Below, one piece after another: positions 28,518-38,288 of a stretch of 64,000 nt of DNA. Both the position numbers and the translations under genes were made by a program. Under the pieces are notes generated by a model. It worked only from the letters and a program-made list of their open reading frames with translations. It did not search any database and had not been told where the DNA came from. Each line of letters begins with the position of its first letter. The stretch's first letter is position 1. Source of the stretch: Candidatus Woesearchaeota archaeon (GTDB lineage: Archaea; Nanobdellota; Nanobdellia; Woesearchaeales; GW2011-AR15); contig JAVZBY010000002.1 in assembly GCA_038874655.1 (NCBI GenBank), forward strand, positions 42,238-106,237, in the 5' to 3' direction.

Positions 28518-31500
28518 ATGAAAAAATACTTTAATCAAAATTATAGAAGATTTATCTTTTTATTATTATTTTTTATATTGATAAATATAGTCTCTTCTTT
28601 ACCAGGAAACTTATGTTTTGAAAGTCCATGTATTTGTGGTTCAGCATGTAATTATGGATATGAAATAAATAATGGTTTTAATACAATAGATTCTTGTCAA
28701 GATGGACCAGAATACACATATGAGTATGTTCATGATATTAATATATCAAATCTAAACTTTTCTTATTTTAGAGGAGGAGATATTATAAAAATAGATGCTT
28801 ATGTTGATTGTGATCCAGATGGAGATGAAATAACATTTGTTTATCATAATGGAAGTTCTTGGGTTCCTTTTTATAATGCAAATTGTAATGTTAATGGTAA
28901 AACACATATCATAACAACAAAAACTCTTGATAATTTTGAAGGTACTCACACAATTAGGATAACTTTGGCATACAATGGTATTTCAAATATGATATGTGCT
29001 TATAATCATGATTCCTTATACTCAGATACAGATGATATTTCTTTTTATGTTTATGATAAAAATAAAGATTTAGAAAAACCGAAAGTAAATATAATCTCTC
29101 CTGAAAATAGTATTACCTATTTCTATGAAAATAATTTAATAATCAACATAAGTGTTAATATTTCAGATAACATTAAAGTACAAAATGCTTCAGCATTAAT
29201 TACATGGGGCTCTAAAAACATGACATTAGATTTAATTAATAGTTCAGGAATATTTAAAGCAAATTTTACAAATACAAGTGATTTTGCTAAATATAATTTA
29301 ACAATAATTGCTTATGACAATTCTTCAAATGTTAATAATACAGAATCTATTATCTTTTTTATTAATAAAACAAAAGATATAAAAATTATAACTCCTACTG
29401 AAAATAAATTATACCCTTATAAAGACTTTAACATAGAATATATTATAGATAACAATGAAACAAATATTTATTATTCTTGGGTAGAATTAAATTCTGGTTT
29501 AGCAAGCTTTGATGGGAACAATAAAAAAATTTCAGTGGAAGAGCAATCAGATGACTCTGTTAATTGTTATGAGATAAATAATATTTCACAATCTTTTCAA
29601 TTAGAAAAAGATACTTATTTATCACAGCTAGAAATAATGCTTAAAAAATCTGGAAACCCTGATAATGCAAAACTAGACATAAAATCAGATCTCAATAATG
29701 AAGTTTTAGCAACAGGGATAATTGATTTAAATTCAGTTAATCAAGAATTTAATTGGGTTGTTATAGATTTAAACGAAAAAATAAAATTAAATAAAAGTAC
29801 AAAATATTGGCTTTTTTTAAATACTACAGAATCAAATATAGATAGTGAAAATTACTATGAATGGATGCTTACATCTAATATTTATCAAAATGGTTCCTAT
29901 ATAAATAATGTTTCAAAAGATTTACTCTTTATAATATATGATTATTATAGCTTTAACTTGACAGCATCACCATTATCATCAGTAATGGATTTAATTGTAT
30001 ATGCCGAAACAGACCAAGGTCAATTAAGCTCAAACCTTATAACATTTTATCTTGATGATAATTCTCCAGTAATAAATGAATATAATTTTACACCGAATAA
30101 CTATAAAGATATTGATCCAGGAACCACAATAAATTTTACTGTTAATGCAACTGATAATTTAGAAATTTCTAATGTTTATCTTATTTATAGATTGAATGAT
30201 TTTAATTGGATAGAAAAGATAATGGATTATTCTAATGGTATTTATAAAACAAATTTGACATTAAATCAAACAAATTTAACATTCTTTTTTAGAGCTTTTG
30301 ATACAAGTAATAATTTAGTTGAAACTTCTGACACAAAAATAGAGTGTGATTATGAAAATAATTGGTACATTGAACCTTCTAAAATTAATACAACCTCAGG
30401 TTTAATAGGAAAAAATAAATCCTTAGGTATGATAAATATTTACTTAGATTCAGATTATGATCTTGATATTAATGTTTCTTATATTTCTAATTTATCAATT
30501 CTTTTAAATGGAAGTGATTCTCTCTTATTAAAAATACCTTCTAATAAAAATTCTTCTTTTGAACTAGTTATCTTAAGTTCAAACAAAACATCAAGAGATA
30601 ATGTAATCTTAAATTTTAACTCTTTAAATGATTCAAATCCTAAAAACAATCAGTTAAATTTTACATATGTTTCTTTACTTTCAGGACCATATCTTTTTTT
30701 AGAGATAATAGATTATTATCCAGTAGTTTATCAAGGTGAATATCTAGCAAATCTAAAAGCAAAGTTAATAAATCTAGGAAATGAAACAGCTTACAATATA
30801 ACTATTAATTGGCTTTTACCTGAGGGAATTATTCCAAAAAGAAATTCAACACAAAAATTTTCAGAACTACAGCCAGGCGGAATTTCTTATATCGTATCTC
30901 AAATTTCAGCTCAAGTTTCTGAAACAGCATCATTAGGTGTTAAAGAATTGAAAGTTATTGCAAATGCTTCTGATTCATTTGGAAATTATTCAGATGAGAC
31001 AATAAAATACATAGAAATAAAATCAAATCAACAACCCATCATTAGTTATTCATCAGGACAAGGTTCAAAATCCGCAGACACTTATATTCCAACAATAATT
31101 AAAAATGAAGACAATCTAAATATAAATTTAAATAAATTAGAAATTAAAAAATTAATCCCTTATACAACAAATATAACTTTCATAAATAATATCTCAAACA
31201 AAGACTATATTGTAGAAATTGAAATAGAGGGATTGTTTAAGGCATATTATAACCTATCGGATTATTTATTTTATATTCCAAAAAATAAAGAAAAAAAAAT
31301 AAATCTAACAATTAATCTACCTTCATACTATGAATTAGGCATAAAAAAATATAAACTAATAGTTAATCTTTATGACATAAATTCTCTTTATGATATAAAT
31401 TATTCATATGATTTAATTAATACTAATGAAACTGATGAAATAAAAAACAAATTAAAAACATTTGACAAAAATAAATTTAGTTTATTAAAACAGATAAAAA

Positions 31501-32960
31501 AAGAATTCGACATAATTGTTTTAGATAACGATGAAAAGATATATTGTTTAAACAATGCATCTGAAAAAATAAATCTTTTAGATATAGATAAAACAGATAT
31601 TAATCAAAAATATCATCAAGCAGAAATAAATTTTAAAAATCAAGAATATGATTTAGTCTTAGAATTTTGTGATTATCTAAACAATTTTATTGACAAATAT
31701 GAAAAAACTAGAAATTCATTAGACTATTTAAAAAATGAGATTAGTCAATTAAAAAAAGAAGGATATAAAACAGAAGAAATTGAAAATTACTATTTATTAA
31801 TAAACGAAACTATCTATAAAGGTAATCTAGAAAAAGCAAATGAACTTTTAGAAAAAACAAATCTACTTAAATCTAATTTGGAACAACCTGCACAAATAAA
31901 AATAACCAATTTTATTATTAAAAATAAAAATTCTTTGATAATAACAGCTATCTTTTTACCTATATTTATTTTATCACTAAGCAGATTAATTTATCTAACA
32001 AAAACAGAAACTAAACTAAAAAACTTAGAAAAAGAAAAACAAAAATTATTAGAGTTATTAAAAAAAATGCAAGATTATTATTATGATAAACATTTTTTAA
32101 GTTCAGATTTATATAAAATATCAATCCATAAAATAAGATTTAGATTAGGTCAAATAGAAATTTCTTTGCTAAAATTAAGAAATAAATTAAAAAATACTAA
32201 TTTAACTAAAAATGATATTGAAAACTTGATAAAAGAGATTCAAGAAGACTACTATATCAAAAAAATTATCTCAGAGCAAACATATGAAGATTTAATAAAA
32301 TATTATTATAAACAATTAAATGATTTAGAACAAAAAAATAAGTTAGAACAAAAAAATAACTTAATAAATAAAACAATAGAAAAAATAGATAATAAAAAGA
32401 TTAGACTAAAATTAACTTCTACAAATAATTCTATTTTATATTCAAAAAAATCAAATAAATATGATAATAAAGAACAAATTAAAACAATACATCCAAGTAA
32501 ATATGAAAAAAAAGAAGCATCCTTAAATAATAATACAAAAAAAAATGAAATAAACGAAAAAGAAGAAAAGAATCATTTTTTAAATAATACTTTATATAAT
32601 ATCAATGAAACAACAAAGCAAAACTCAAAAAATAATAAATCAGAATTAAACTTAGATAATATAAAAGATAATATAGAAGTTAACATAGACTTTTATAAAA
32701 GATGCGAAAAAAATAAAGCTTTTATTTTAAATAATGGATTAAAATTATATTCAATTTTTGATTTATATGAAAAATTAGTTTTTAATTTAATTGATAATCA
32801 AACTTTTGAATATCATGTAAATCAGTATAAAAATGATTTTTCAACTTGGATATCAGATGTGTATAACTATAATAAACTGGCTAAAGAAGTAAAAAAAATT
32901 AATTCAAAAGAACAATTAATAGACTTTTTTAAAAAAATAATCGAATATAATAAAAAATAA
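28518..32960 (+). CDS. Large single-pass surface glycoprotein with cytoplasmic helical repeats and C-terminal DUF5752-like domain
   Basis: Signal peptide, Cys-rich N-terminus, Ig-like domains with many sequons, TM at about aa 1140-1160, two Q.DYY...S..Y repeats, FEYHVNQYKNDFSTWI. Confidence 0.8.
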   Translation: MKKYFNQNYRRFIFLLLFFILINIVSSLPGNLCFESPCICGSACNYGYEINNGFNTIDSCQDGPEYTYEYVHDINISNLNFSYFRGGDIIKIDAYVDCDPDGDEITFVYHNGSSWVPFYNANCNVNGKTHIITTKTLDNFEGTHTIRITLAYNGISNMICAYNHDSLYSDTDDISFYVYDKNKDLEKPKVNIISPENSITYFYENNLIINISVNISDNIKVQNASALITWGSKNMTLDLINSSGIFKANFTNTSDFAKYNLTIIAYDNSSNVNNTESIIFFINKTKDIKIITPTENKLYPYKDFNIEYIIDNNETNIYYSWVELNSGLASFDGNNKKISVEEQSDDSVNCYEINNISQSFQLEKDTYLSQLEIMLKKSGNPDNAKLDIKSDLNNEVLATGIIDLNSVNQEFNWVVIDLNEKIKLNKSTKYWLFLNTTESNIDSENYYEWMLTSNIYQNGSYINNVSKDLLFIIYDYYSFNLTASPLSSVMDLIVYAETDQGQLSSNLITFYLDDNSPVINEYNFTPNNYKDIDPGTTINFTVNATDNLEISNVYLIYRLNDFNWIEKIMDYSNGIYKTNLTLNQTNLTFFFRAFDTSNNLVETSDTKIECDYENNWYIEPSKINTTSGLIGKNKSLGMINIYLDSDYDLDINVSYISNLSILLNGSDSLLLKIPSNKNSSFELVILSSNKTSRDNVILNFNSLNDSNPKNNQLNFTYVSLLSGPYLFLEIIDYYPVVYQGEYLANLKAKLINLGNETAYNITINWLLPEGIIPKRNSTQKFSELQPGGISYIVSQISAQVSETASLGVKELKVIANASDSFGNYSDETIKYIEIKSNQQPIISYSSGQGSKSADTYIPTIIKNEDNLNINLNKLEIKKLIPYTTNITFINNISNKDYIVEIEIEGLFKAYYNLSDYLFYIPKNKEKKINLTINLPSYYELGIKKYKLIVNLYDINSLYDINYSYDLINTNETDEIKNKLKTFDKNKFSLLKQIKKEFDIIVLDNDEKIYCLNNASEKINLLDIDKTDINQKYHQAEINFKNQEYDLVLEFCDYLNNFIDKYEKTRNSLDYLKNEISQLKKEGYKTEEIENYYLLINETIYKGNLEKANELLEKTNLLKSNLEQPAQIKITNFIIKNKNSLIITAIFLPIFILSLSRLIYLTKTETKLKNLEKEKQKLLELLKKMQDYYYDKHFLSSDLYKISIHKIRFRLGQIEISLLKLRNKLKNTNLTKNDIENLIKEIQEDYYIKKIISEQTYEDLIKYYYKQLNDLEQKNKLEQKNNLINKTIEKIDNKKIRLKLTSTNNSILYSKKSNKYDNKEQIKTIHPSKYEKKEASLNNNTKKNEINEKEEKNHFLNNTLYNINETTKQNSKNNKSELNLDNIKDNIEVNIDFYKRCEKNKAFILNNGLKLYSIFDLYEKLVFNLIDNQTFEYHVNQYKNDFSTWISDVYNYNKLAKEVKKINSKEQLIDFFKKIIEYNKK

Positions 32961-32993
32961 AAAAATCAAATTATAAAATAGTGAAAATTAAAA

Positions 32994-34667
32994 ATGAAAA
33001 AAAGAGGTAATTTAATTAATAATTTAATTAATTTTGTTTTAAATATTATTACTTTATTAAATATAAATTTATTTTTTAATCAATCTTTTTTTTATTCATT
33101 AATAAAAAAAATCTTTAAATTAAATAGATTATTTATTTTTTTAACATTCATAATTTTACATTCTTTTTTAATAAATGCATTTTTGAATCAAAGTACTATT
33201 TTTAATAATCAAAGTAAAGATATAATCAAAGATTCATTGGAAAATTATATAACTAAAACTAGTTTATTAATTTCTATTAATAATACTATTCAAAAAATTA
33301 GAAATCTTGGTTATAATGCATATATCTTTAATGATCTTTATAATGAATTATTTTTAATTGATGACTCTGATACTAGTTCTATAAATAATTTATATTTAAT
33401 TTATAAAGAAACAGAAACAAATTATAATTATTCAATCAATTTATTAAACATACATAAAAATAATTTAAAATATCTTAAATCAATTCAAAATAATGAAAAT
33501 AATCCGTTTTGTGATATAACCCTTTTAAAAAATATTCAAGAATATGAAAATACTATTTATATAGCAGAAAACAAAATAAAAAATTCATTATATTATGATG
33601 CAATCAACATATTAACCACTTTAAATAATGAATTAAATCCTTTTATTGAAAATTATTTAAATAATCTAACTTCTATATTAAACAAAAACAATATTAAGGA
33701 TAATTATGAGGTATTAGAGTTTATAAATGAGTATTATACTTCAGATAAAGAAAAAAATTTCGTTAAAAATTTAATTTTAAAATTAGATAATACAAATTCA
33801 AATTTTAAAACAAAATATTTTATTTCAGATGAATCTATAGTTATTTTTAATTATATCTTCGGTGAAGAAAAAAATAAAATTCAAAGAATAAAAAATAATG
33901 ATATCTTAAAATACAACATAAAAGAGATTTCAGAAGTTTGTAATGAAATTTCTTATATAAATTATGTTTTATCGAAATATATAGAAATATCTATTTATAA
34001 CGATTATTTATTTAAAAATAATATTTCTAATAATTTATTAAATGATTTAAAAAATGAAATCATATATTATTTACAAAAAAATAGATTAGACAGAATTGAA
34101 ACTCTTTTACAAGACACTAATAAAATTATAGAAAAAATAAAATCTTTTGAGATAAGATATAATAATCTTAAAATTGAAATTAATGAATTAAAATCAAAAA
34201 ATATAACCGATTTTGATTCGAATAAAGAAATAATTCAACAAACACAAATTTTTTCACAAGAATTAGAAAATATTTATGAAGAATACAAAAAATTTGAATT
34301 AGATAAAGCTAATAATAAATTAATAGAGTTAGAAAATCAACTTATCTCTTATAAATCAAGATTAATTGAAACAAAGATTAGACAAAAAAATTTTTTAAAA
34401 ATAAACTTTAAAATTTTATTTTTAATATTTATCTTATCTATAACTTTGTTTATCATTTCATATCCCACTTTAAAAACTTATTACAAAAAAAAGAGAATTA
34501 CTTATCTTGAATCTAGAAAAAAAGCAATAATAGAGCAAATTAAACAACTTCAAAGAGACTATTTTATAGATAAAAAACTCTCAAGGAAAAGATACAAACA
34601 ACTTTTAAAAATAAATCAAACAAAACTTATTGAGATAATTAGAAATTTAGAGATTTTAAATAAATAA
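32994..34667 (+). CDS. Membrane-anchored alpha-helical protein
   Basis: N-terminal hydrophobic segments, helical ectodomain, C-terminal TM, tail IKQLQRDYFIDKKLSRKRY. Confidence 0.7.
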   Translation: MKKRGNLINNLINFVLNIITLLNINLFFNQSFFYSLIKKIFKLNRLFIFLTFIILHSFLINAFLNQSTIFNNQSKDIIKDSLENYITKTSLLISINNTIQKIRNLGYNAYIFNDLYNELFLIDDSDTSSINNLYLIYKETETNYNYSINLLNIHKNNLKYLKSIQNNENNPFCDITLLKNIQEYENTIYIAENKIKNSLYYDAINILTTLNNELNPFIENYLNNLTSILNKNNIKDNYEVLEFINEYYTSDKEKNFVKNLILKLDNTNSNFKTKYFISDESIVIFNYIFGEEKNKIQRIKNNDILKYNIKEISEVCNEISYINYVLSKYIEISIYNDYLFKNNISNNLLNDLKNEIIYYLQKNRLDRIETLLQDTNKIIEKIKSFEIRYNNLKIEINELKSKNITDFDSNKEIIQQTQIFSQELENIYEEYKKFELDKANNKLIELENQLISYKSRLIETKIRQKNFLKINFKILFLIFILSITLFIISYPTLKTYYKKKRITYLESRKKAIIEQIKQLQRDYFIDKKLSRKRYKQLLKINQTKLIEIIRNLEILNK

Positions 34668-34743
34668 TCCAGAACATTATTTTTTGTAAAATTCCAAAAT
34701 ATAATTAGTTAATATAAATAATAATATAAATTAGTATTTAAAA

Positions 34744-36561
34744 ATGAATAAAGCAAACACATTGAATAAAGAAAAAAAAATAATATTAGATACTTATTTT
34801 TCATTGCTAGATAATTTTCCAAATCCAATTTGGCTTTCAGATAAAAATGCAAAATTTATTTTTTACAATAAATCTTGGCTTTCTTTTATAGGTGATTCAG
34901 GTAATAAAAATAAGTTCAAATCTTGGTTTAATCATATACACAATAAAGACAAAAAAAAGTTTTTAAAAATTTTCAGATCCAGTTTTAGTAAAAAAAATTC
35001 ATTTATGATAGATCTTAAATTAAGAAACAAAGATAAAACATATCACTTAGTAAGAACTTATGGTTCCCCGATTTATATTGACAATAAATTTTTAGGATAT
35101 ATTGGTTATTGTTTTGACATTGATAAATTGAATAAAAACGAAAAAAGACTTATAGAGACAGAAACTAAATTTGAAACCATATTCAAAGAAATAAATGAAG
35201 CTATTTTATTATTGAATGAAAATAAAATCATTGATTGTAATGATAAAGCATTAGAATTATTTAGAGTTTCAAAAAATAGTTTCTTAAAAAAAGATATTCT
35301 GAAATTTACACCATATAAACAACCAGACAATGCAATCTCTAAACTTAAATTTAAAAAATTGTTAAATCAAAAAATCTTTGAATGGCAATTTAAAAGAAAA
35401 GATTGGACACTATTTTTAGCTGAAGTTAAACTAACAAAAATAAAAATTATTGAAAATAATGGCTTAAAAGAATATTTTTTAATGATAATAAATGATATCA
35501 CAGAAAAAAGGAGAATTCAAGAAGAACTAATAAAAAAAGATCAATTCTTAATAAAACAAAATGAACTATTAAAACAATTAAGTCAATCCTATTCCAAAGA
35601 TAGGATAATACAATTTTATAAAAAATCTTTAAAGAGAGTATTAAACTTTCTAAACATAGATAGAATTAGTTTATGGTTAATTAAAGACAAATATATAAAC
35701 CTGATTTTGCAATATGATAAAATTAAAAATAAGTATTCTAGTGATAAAAAAATTGAAATAAAAAAATATCCTAAATACTTTAAATCTTTGTTTAAATCTC
35801 AATTTATAGATGCTTCAGACGCAAGAAATGATAAAAGAACTAAAGAGTTTTTAAATTCTTATTTTAAAAAATACAAAATTTTCTCTACTTTAGATATACC
35901 TATAAGAATAAAAAATACAGTCATAGGTGTTTTGTGTTTAGAAAAAATAAATTACAAAAAAAATTGGACTCATTTAGAAAAAAACTTTGCAGTTATATTA
36001 AGTGAATTTTTTTCAAATATAATAGAAGAACAAATATTGGAAAAAGAAGAAACTTTATTAAGCATACAAGAAAAAAAATATAAACTTATAGTAGAAAATT
36101 TATTTGATGCTTTATTTATTCATGATAATAAGGGAAATATTTTAGATGTCAATAAAATGGCTTCTAATATTTCTGGCTACACCTATAAAGAATTATTAAG
36201 AAAAAACCTATTTGATCTTATTGTTGATAATAATAAGTTAAAAAAAAATTATCTCTATCTAGGGAATAATAAAAAAATTTCATATGAAACAAGATTAATA
36301 AAAAAAAATAAAGAATCTATTTATGTAAATATTAGTTCAGTAATTATATCCAGAGATAAAAAAATTTCAATTCAGACTATTATAAGGGATATAAATGATA
36401 ATAAACTAAAAGAATTAAAATTAGAAGAAATTAATGCAAAATTAAAAGAAAAAATTGAGGAATTAGAAAAATTTGAAAAAATTGCCATAAATAGAGAATT
36501 AAAAATGATAGAATTAAAGAATAAATTAGCAGAGTATGAACAAAATAATCAAAATAATTAA
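34744..36561 (+). CDS. PAS-PAS-GAF-PAS sensor without kinase domain
   Basis: PAS motifs (PIWLSD..FYNKSW; FETIF..INEAI..DCN; LFDALFIHD..DVN), GAF (STLDIPI..GVLCLE..W), ends RELKMIELK. Confidence 0.88.
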   Translation: MNKANTLNKEKKIILDTYFSLLDNFPNPIWLSDKNAKFIFYNKSWLSFIGDSGNKNKFKSWFNHIHNKDKKKFLKIFRSSFSKKNSFMIDLKLRNKDKTYHLVRTYGSPIYIDNKFLGYIGYCFDIDKLNKNEKRLIETETKFETIFKEINEAILLLNENKIIDCNDKALELFRVSKNSFLKKDILKFTPYKQPDNAISKLKFKKLLNQKIFEWQFKRKDWTLFLAEVKLTKIKIIENNGLKEYFLMIINDITEKRRIQEELIKKDQFLIKQNELLKQLSQSYSKDRIIQFYKKSLKRVLNFLNIDRISLWLIKDKYINLILQYDKIKNKYSSDKKIEIKKYPKYFKSLFKSQFIDASDARNDKRTKEFLNSYFKKYKIFSTLDIPIRIKNTVIGVLCLEKINYKKNWTHLEKNFAVILSEFFSNIIEEQILEKEETLLSIQEKKYKLIVENLFDALFIHDNKGNILDVNKMASNISGYTYKELLRKNLFDLIVDNNKLKKNYLYLGNNKKISYETRLIKKNKESIYVNISSVIISRDKKISIQTIIRDINDNKLKELKLEEINAKLKEKIEELEKFEKIAINRELKMIELKNKLAEYEQNNQNN

Positions 36562-36589
36562 AATAAAATAGATACATCAGATATTTAAA

Positions 36590-37444
36590 ATGAAAAAAAT
36601 AAAAAATCTAAATAAATATAGAATTAGATTTAATCATTTTATTAAATCTAGTCAAGTTATTAAATCATATAAAATAAGAGATATAATTAAAATAATAAAT
36701 ATACTAATAGTTTTATTTCTTATTATATCCTGTACACAATTTTATTCAGAAAAATCAAAAATAAATGAAATAAAAAAAAGAGGAAAATTAATTATAGGAA
36801 CAAGTCCACCTTATGGAATAATGGAATTTTATAAAAATAATGAGATAGTTGGTTTAGATATTGATATAGCAAAAGAAATAGCAAAATCCTTAAATGTGGA
36901 ATTAGAAATAAAAATAATAGATTTTGATAAATTCTCTGAAGCTTTAAATAATGATGAAATTGATTTAATGATAGCTTCAATAACAATCACTTCAGATAGA
37001 CTCGATGAGATGGAACTTTCAATTCCTTACTTTAATACAGGTCAAGTTATTGTTTCAAAATATAATATAAATAGATATGAAGAATTAGAAAACAAAACTA
37101 TCTTAATAGAAGAAGATGGTTCAGATACGAAAAATCAGATTTTTAAGATTATAAAAAATTTTACACCAATTTACTATTCAGAAAGCCAAGGATTACCCTA
37201 TGTTGAAAAAGCAATATTTGAATTAAATCAAAATAAGGTAGATGCATTTGTTATAGATTACATAGCAGCAATAGATATAGTAAAATATCATAAAGACTTT
37301 CATATACTTGGTCCATTTACTAATGAATTTTATGGAATTGCATCAAAAAAAGGAAACAAAGATTTAATAAATCATGTTAATCAAATCATAAGAAATTTAA
37401 AATACACTGGTGAATTAGATAAGATTAAAGAAAAATGGATTTAG
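36590..37444 (+). CDS. Polar amino-acid-type solute-binding protein (family 3), membrane anchored
   Basis: RGKLIIGTSPPY, GLDIDIAKEIA, ITSDR, SIPYF, GELDKIKEKW; hydrophobic helix followed by Cys (IISC). Confidence 0.9.
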   Translation: MKKIKNLNKYRIRFNHFIKSSQVIKSYKIRDIIKIINILIVLFLIISCTQFYSEKSKINEIKKRGKLIIGTSPPYGIMEFYKNNEIVGLDIDIAKEIAKSLNVELEIKIIDFDKFSEALNNDEIDLMIASITITSDRLDEMELSIPYFNTGQVIVSKYNINRYEELENKTILIEEDGSDTKNQIFKIIKNFTPIYYSESQGLPYVEKAIFELNQNKVDAFVIDYIAAIDIVKYHKDFHILGPFTNEFYGIASKKGNKDLINHVNQIIRNLKYTGELDKIKEKWI

Positions 37445-37448
37445 AAAA

Positions 37449-38288
37449 ATGCTATCAATAAAAACAAAAATTTTTGCTGCAATTTTTGTAATTATTATAT
37501 TATTTAGTTCTATACTTTTTTATTTAGATTTTTATATTGATAAAAAAAATATGCAAGATTTTTTTTTAGAAAAAGTTAAATCAATTTCAAATAGTTTTAA
37601 TGCTAATTTAGATAATAATATCTTATCAAATGAAGATGAATTATTAAATTTAAAAAATAGTTTTATTTATCATCATCCAGAAATAGTAGATTTAAATTTA
37701 ATTATGGATATACAAAATTTACCTTCCACCTTAAATAAAGGTTATACTTATAACATACTTGAAATCAACAAAAAGAAATATCTCAACTATACTTCCTTAA
37801 TAATCATTTCAGGTCAAGAGAAGGCAGCTTTAAATATATTATTTGATTTAGATGATATTAGTTCTAGAATATTTAATGAATTAAAGATAGTTATATCTCT
37901 ATATATCACTTTTTTGATATTAACTTTTTTTATTCTAAATTATATATATGATCTTATTTTACTTCAACCAATAAATAAATTATTAATTAATATTAATGAA
38001 TTTAGTCAAGGAAAAAGCATTAATCAATATGAATCTACGAATGATGAACTTGGTATTTTAACAAAAAAATTTTTTGAACTATATAAAATAATAATTGAGT
38101 CAAGAAAAAAAATTGAGCAACATGAAAAAGAACTTGAAAAAAAAGTTGAAGAAAAAACTAAAGAACTTCAAACAAAAATAAAAGAATTAGAAAAATTTCA
38201 AAAAATAATCATAAATAGAGAATTAAAAATGATAGAATTGAAAAAACAAATAGAAGAGTTAAAAAAAAATGAAAAAGAACAAAAATAA
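37449..38288 (+). CDS. 2-TM + HAMP sensor without kinase domain
   Basis: TM-ectodomain-TM, HAMP (PINKL...DELGILTKKF), S-helix LEKKVEEKTKEL, ends RELKMIELK. Confidence 0.85.
   Translation: MLSIKTKIFAAIFVIIILFSSILFYLDFYIDKKNMQDFFLEKVKSISNSFNANLDNNILSNEDELLNLKNSFIYHHPEIVDLNLIMDIQNLPSTLNKGYTYNILEINKKKYLNYTSLIIISGQEKAALNILFDLDDISSRIFNELKIVISLYITFLILTFFILNYIYDLILLQPINKLLININEFSQGKSINQYESTNDELGILTKKFFELYKIIIESRKKIEQHEKELEKKVEEKTKELQTKIKELEKFQKIIINRELKMIELKKQIEELKKNEKEQK

Noticed and set aside
37449-38288. TM-HAMP gene as a frameshifted fragment of the downstream kinase
   Set aside because: It ends in the same RELKMIELK terminus as two other proteins, and the kinase has its own N-terminal TM; it looks like a complete gene.
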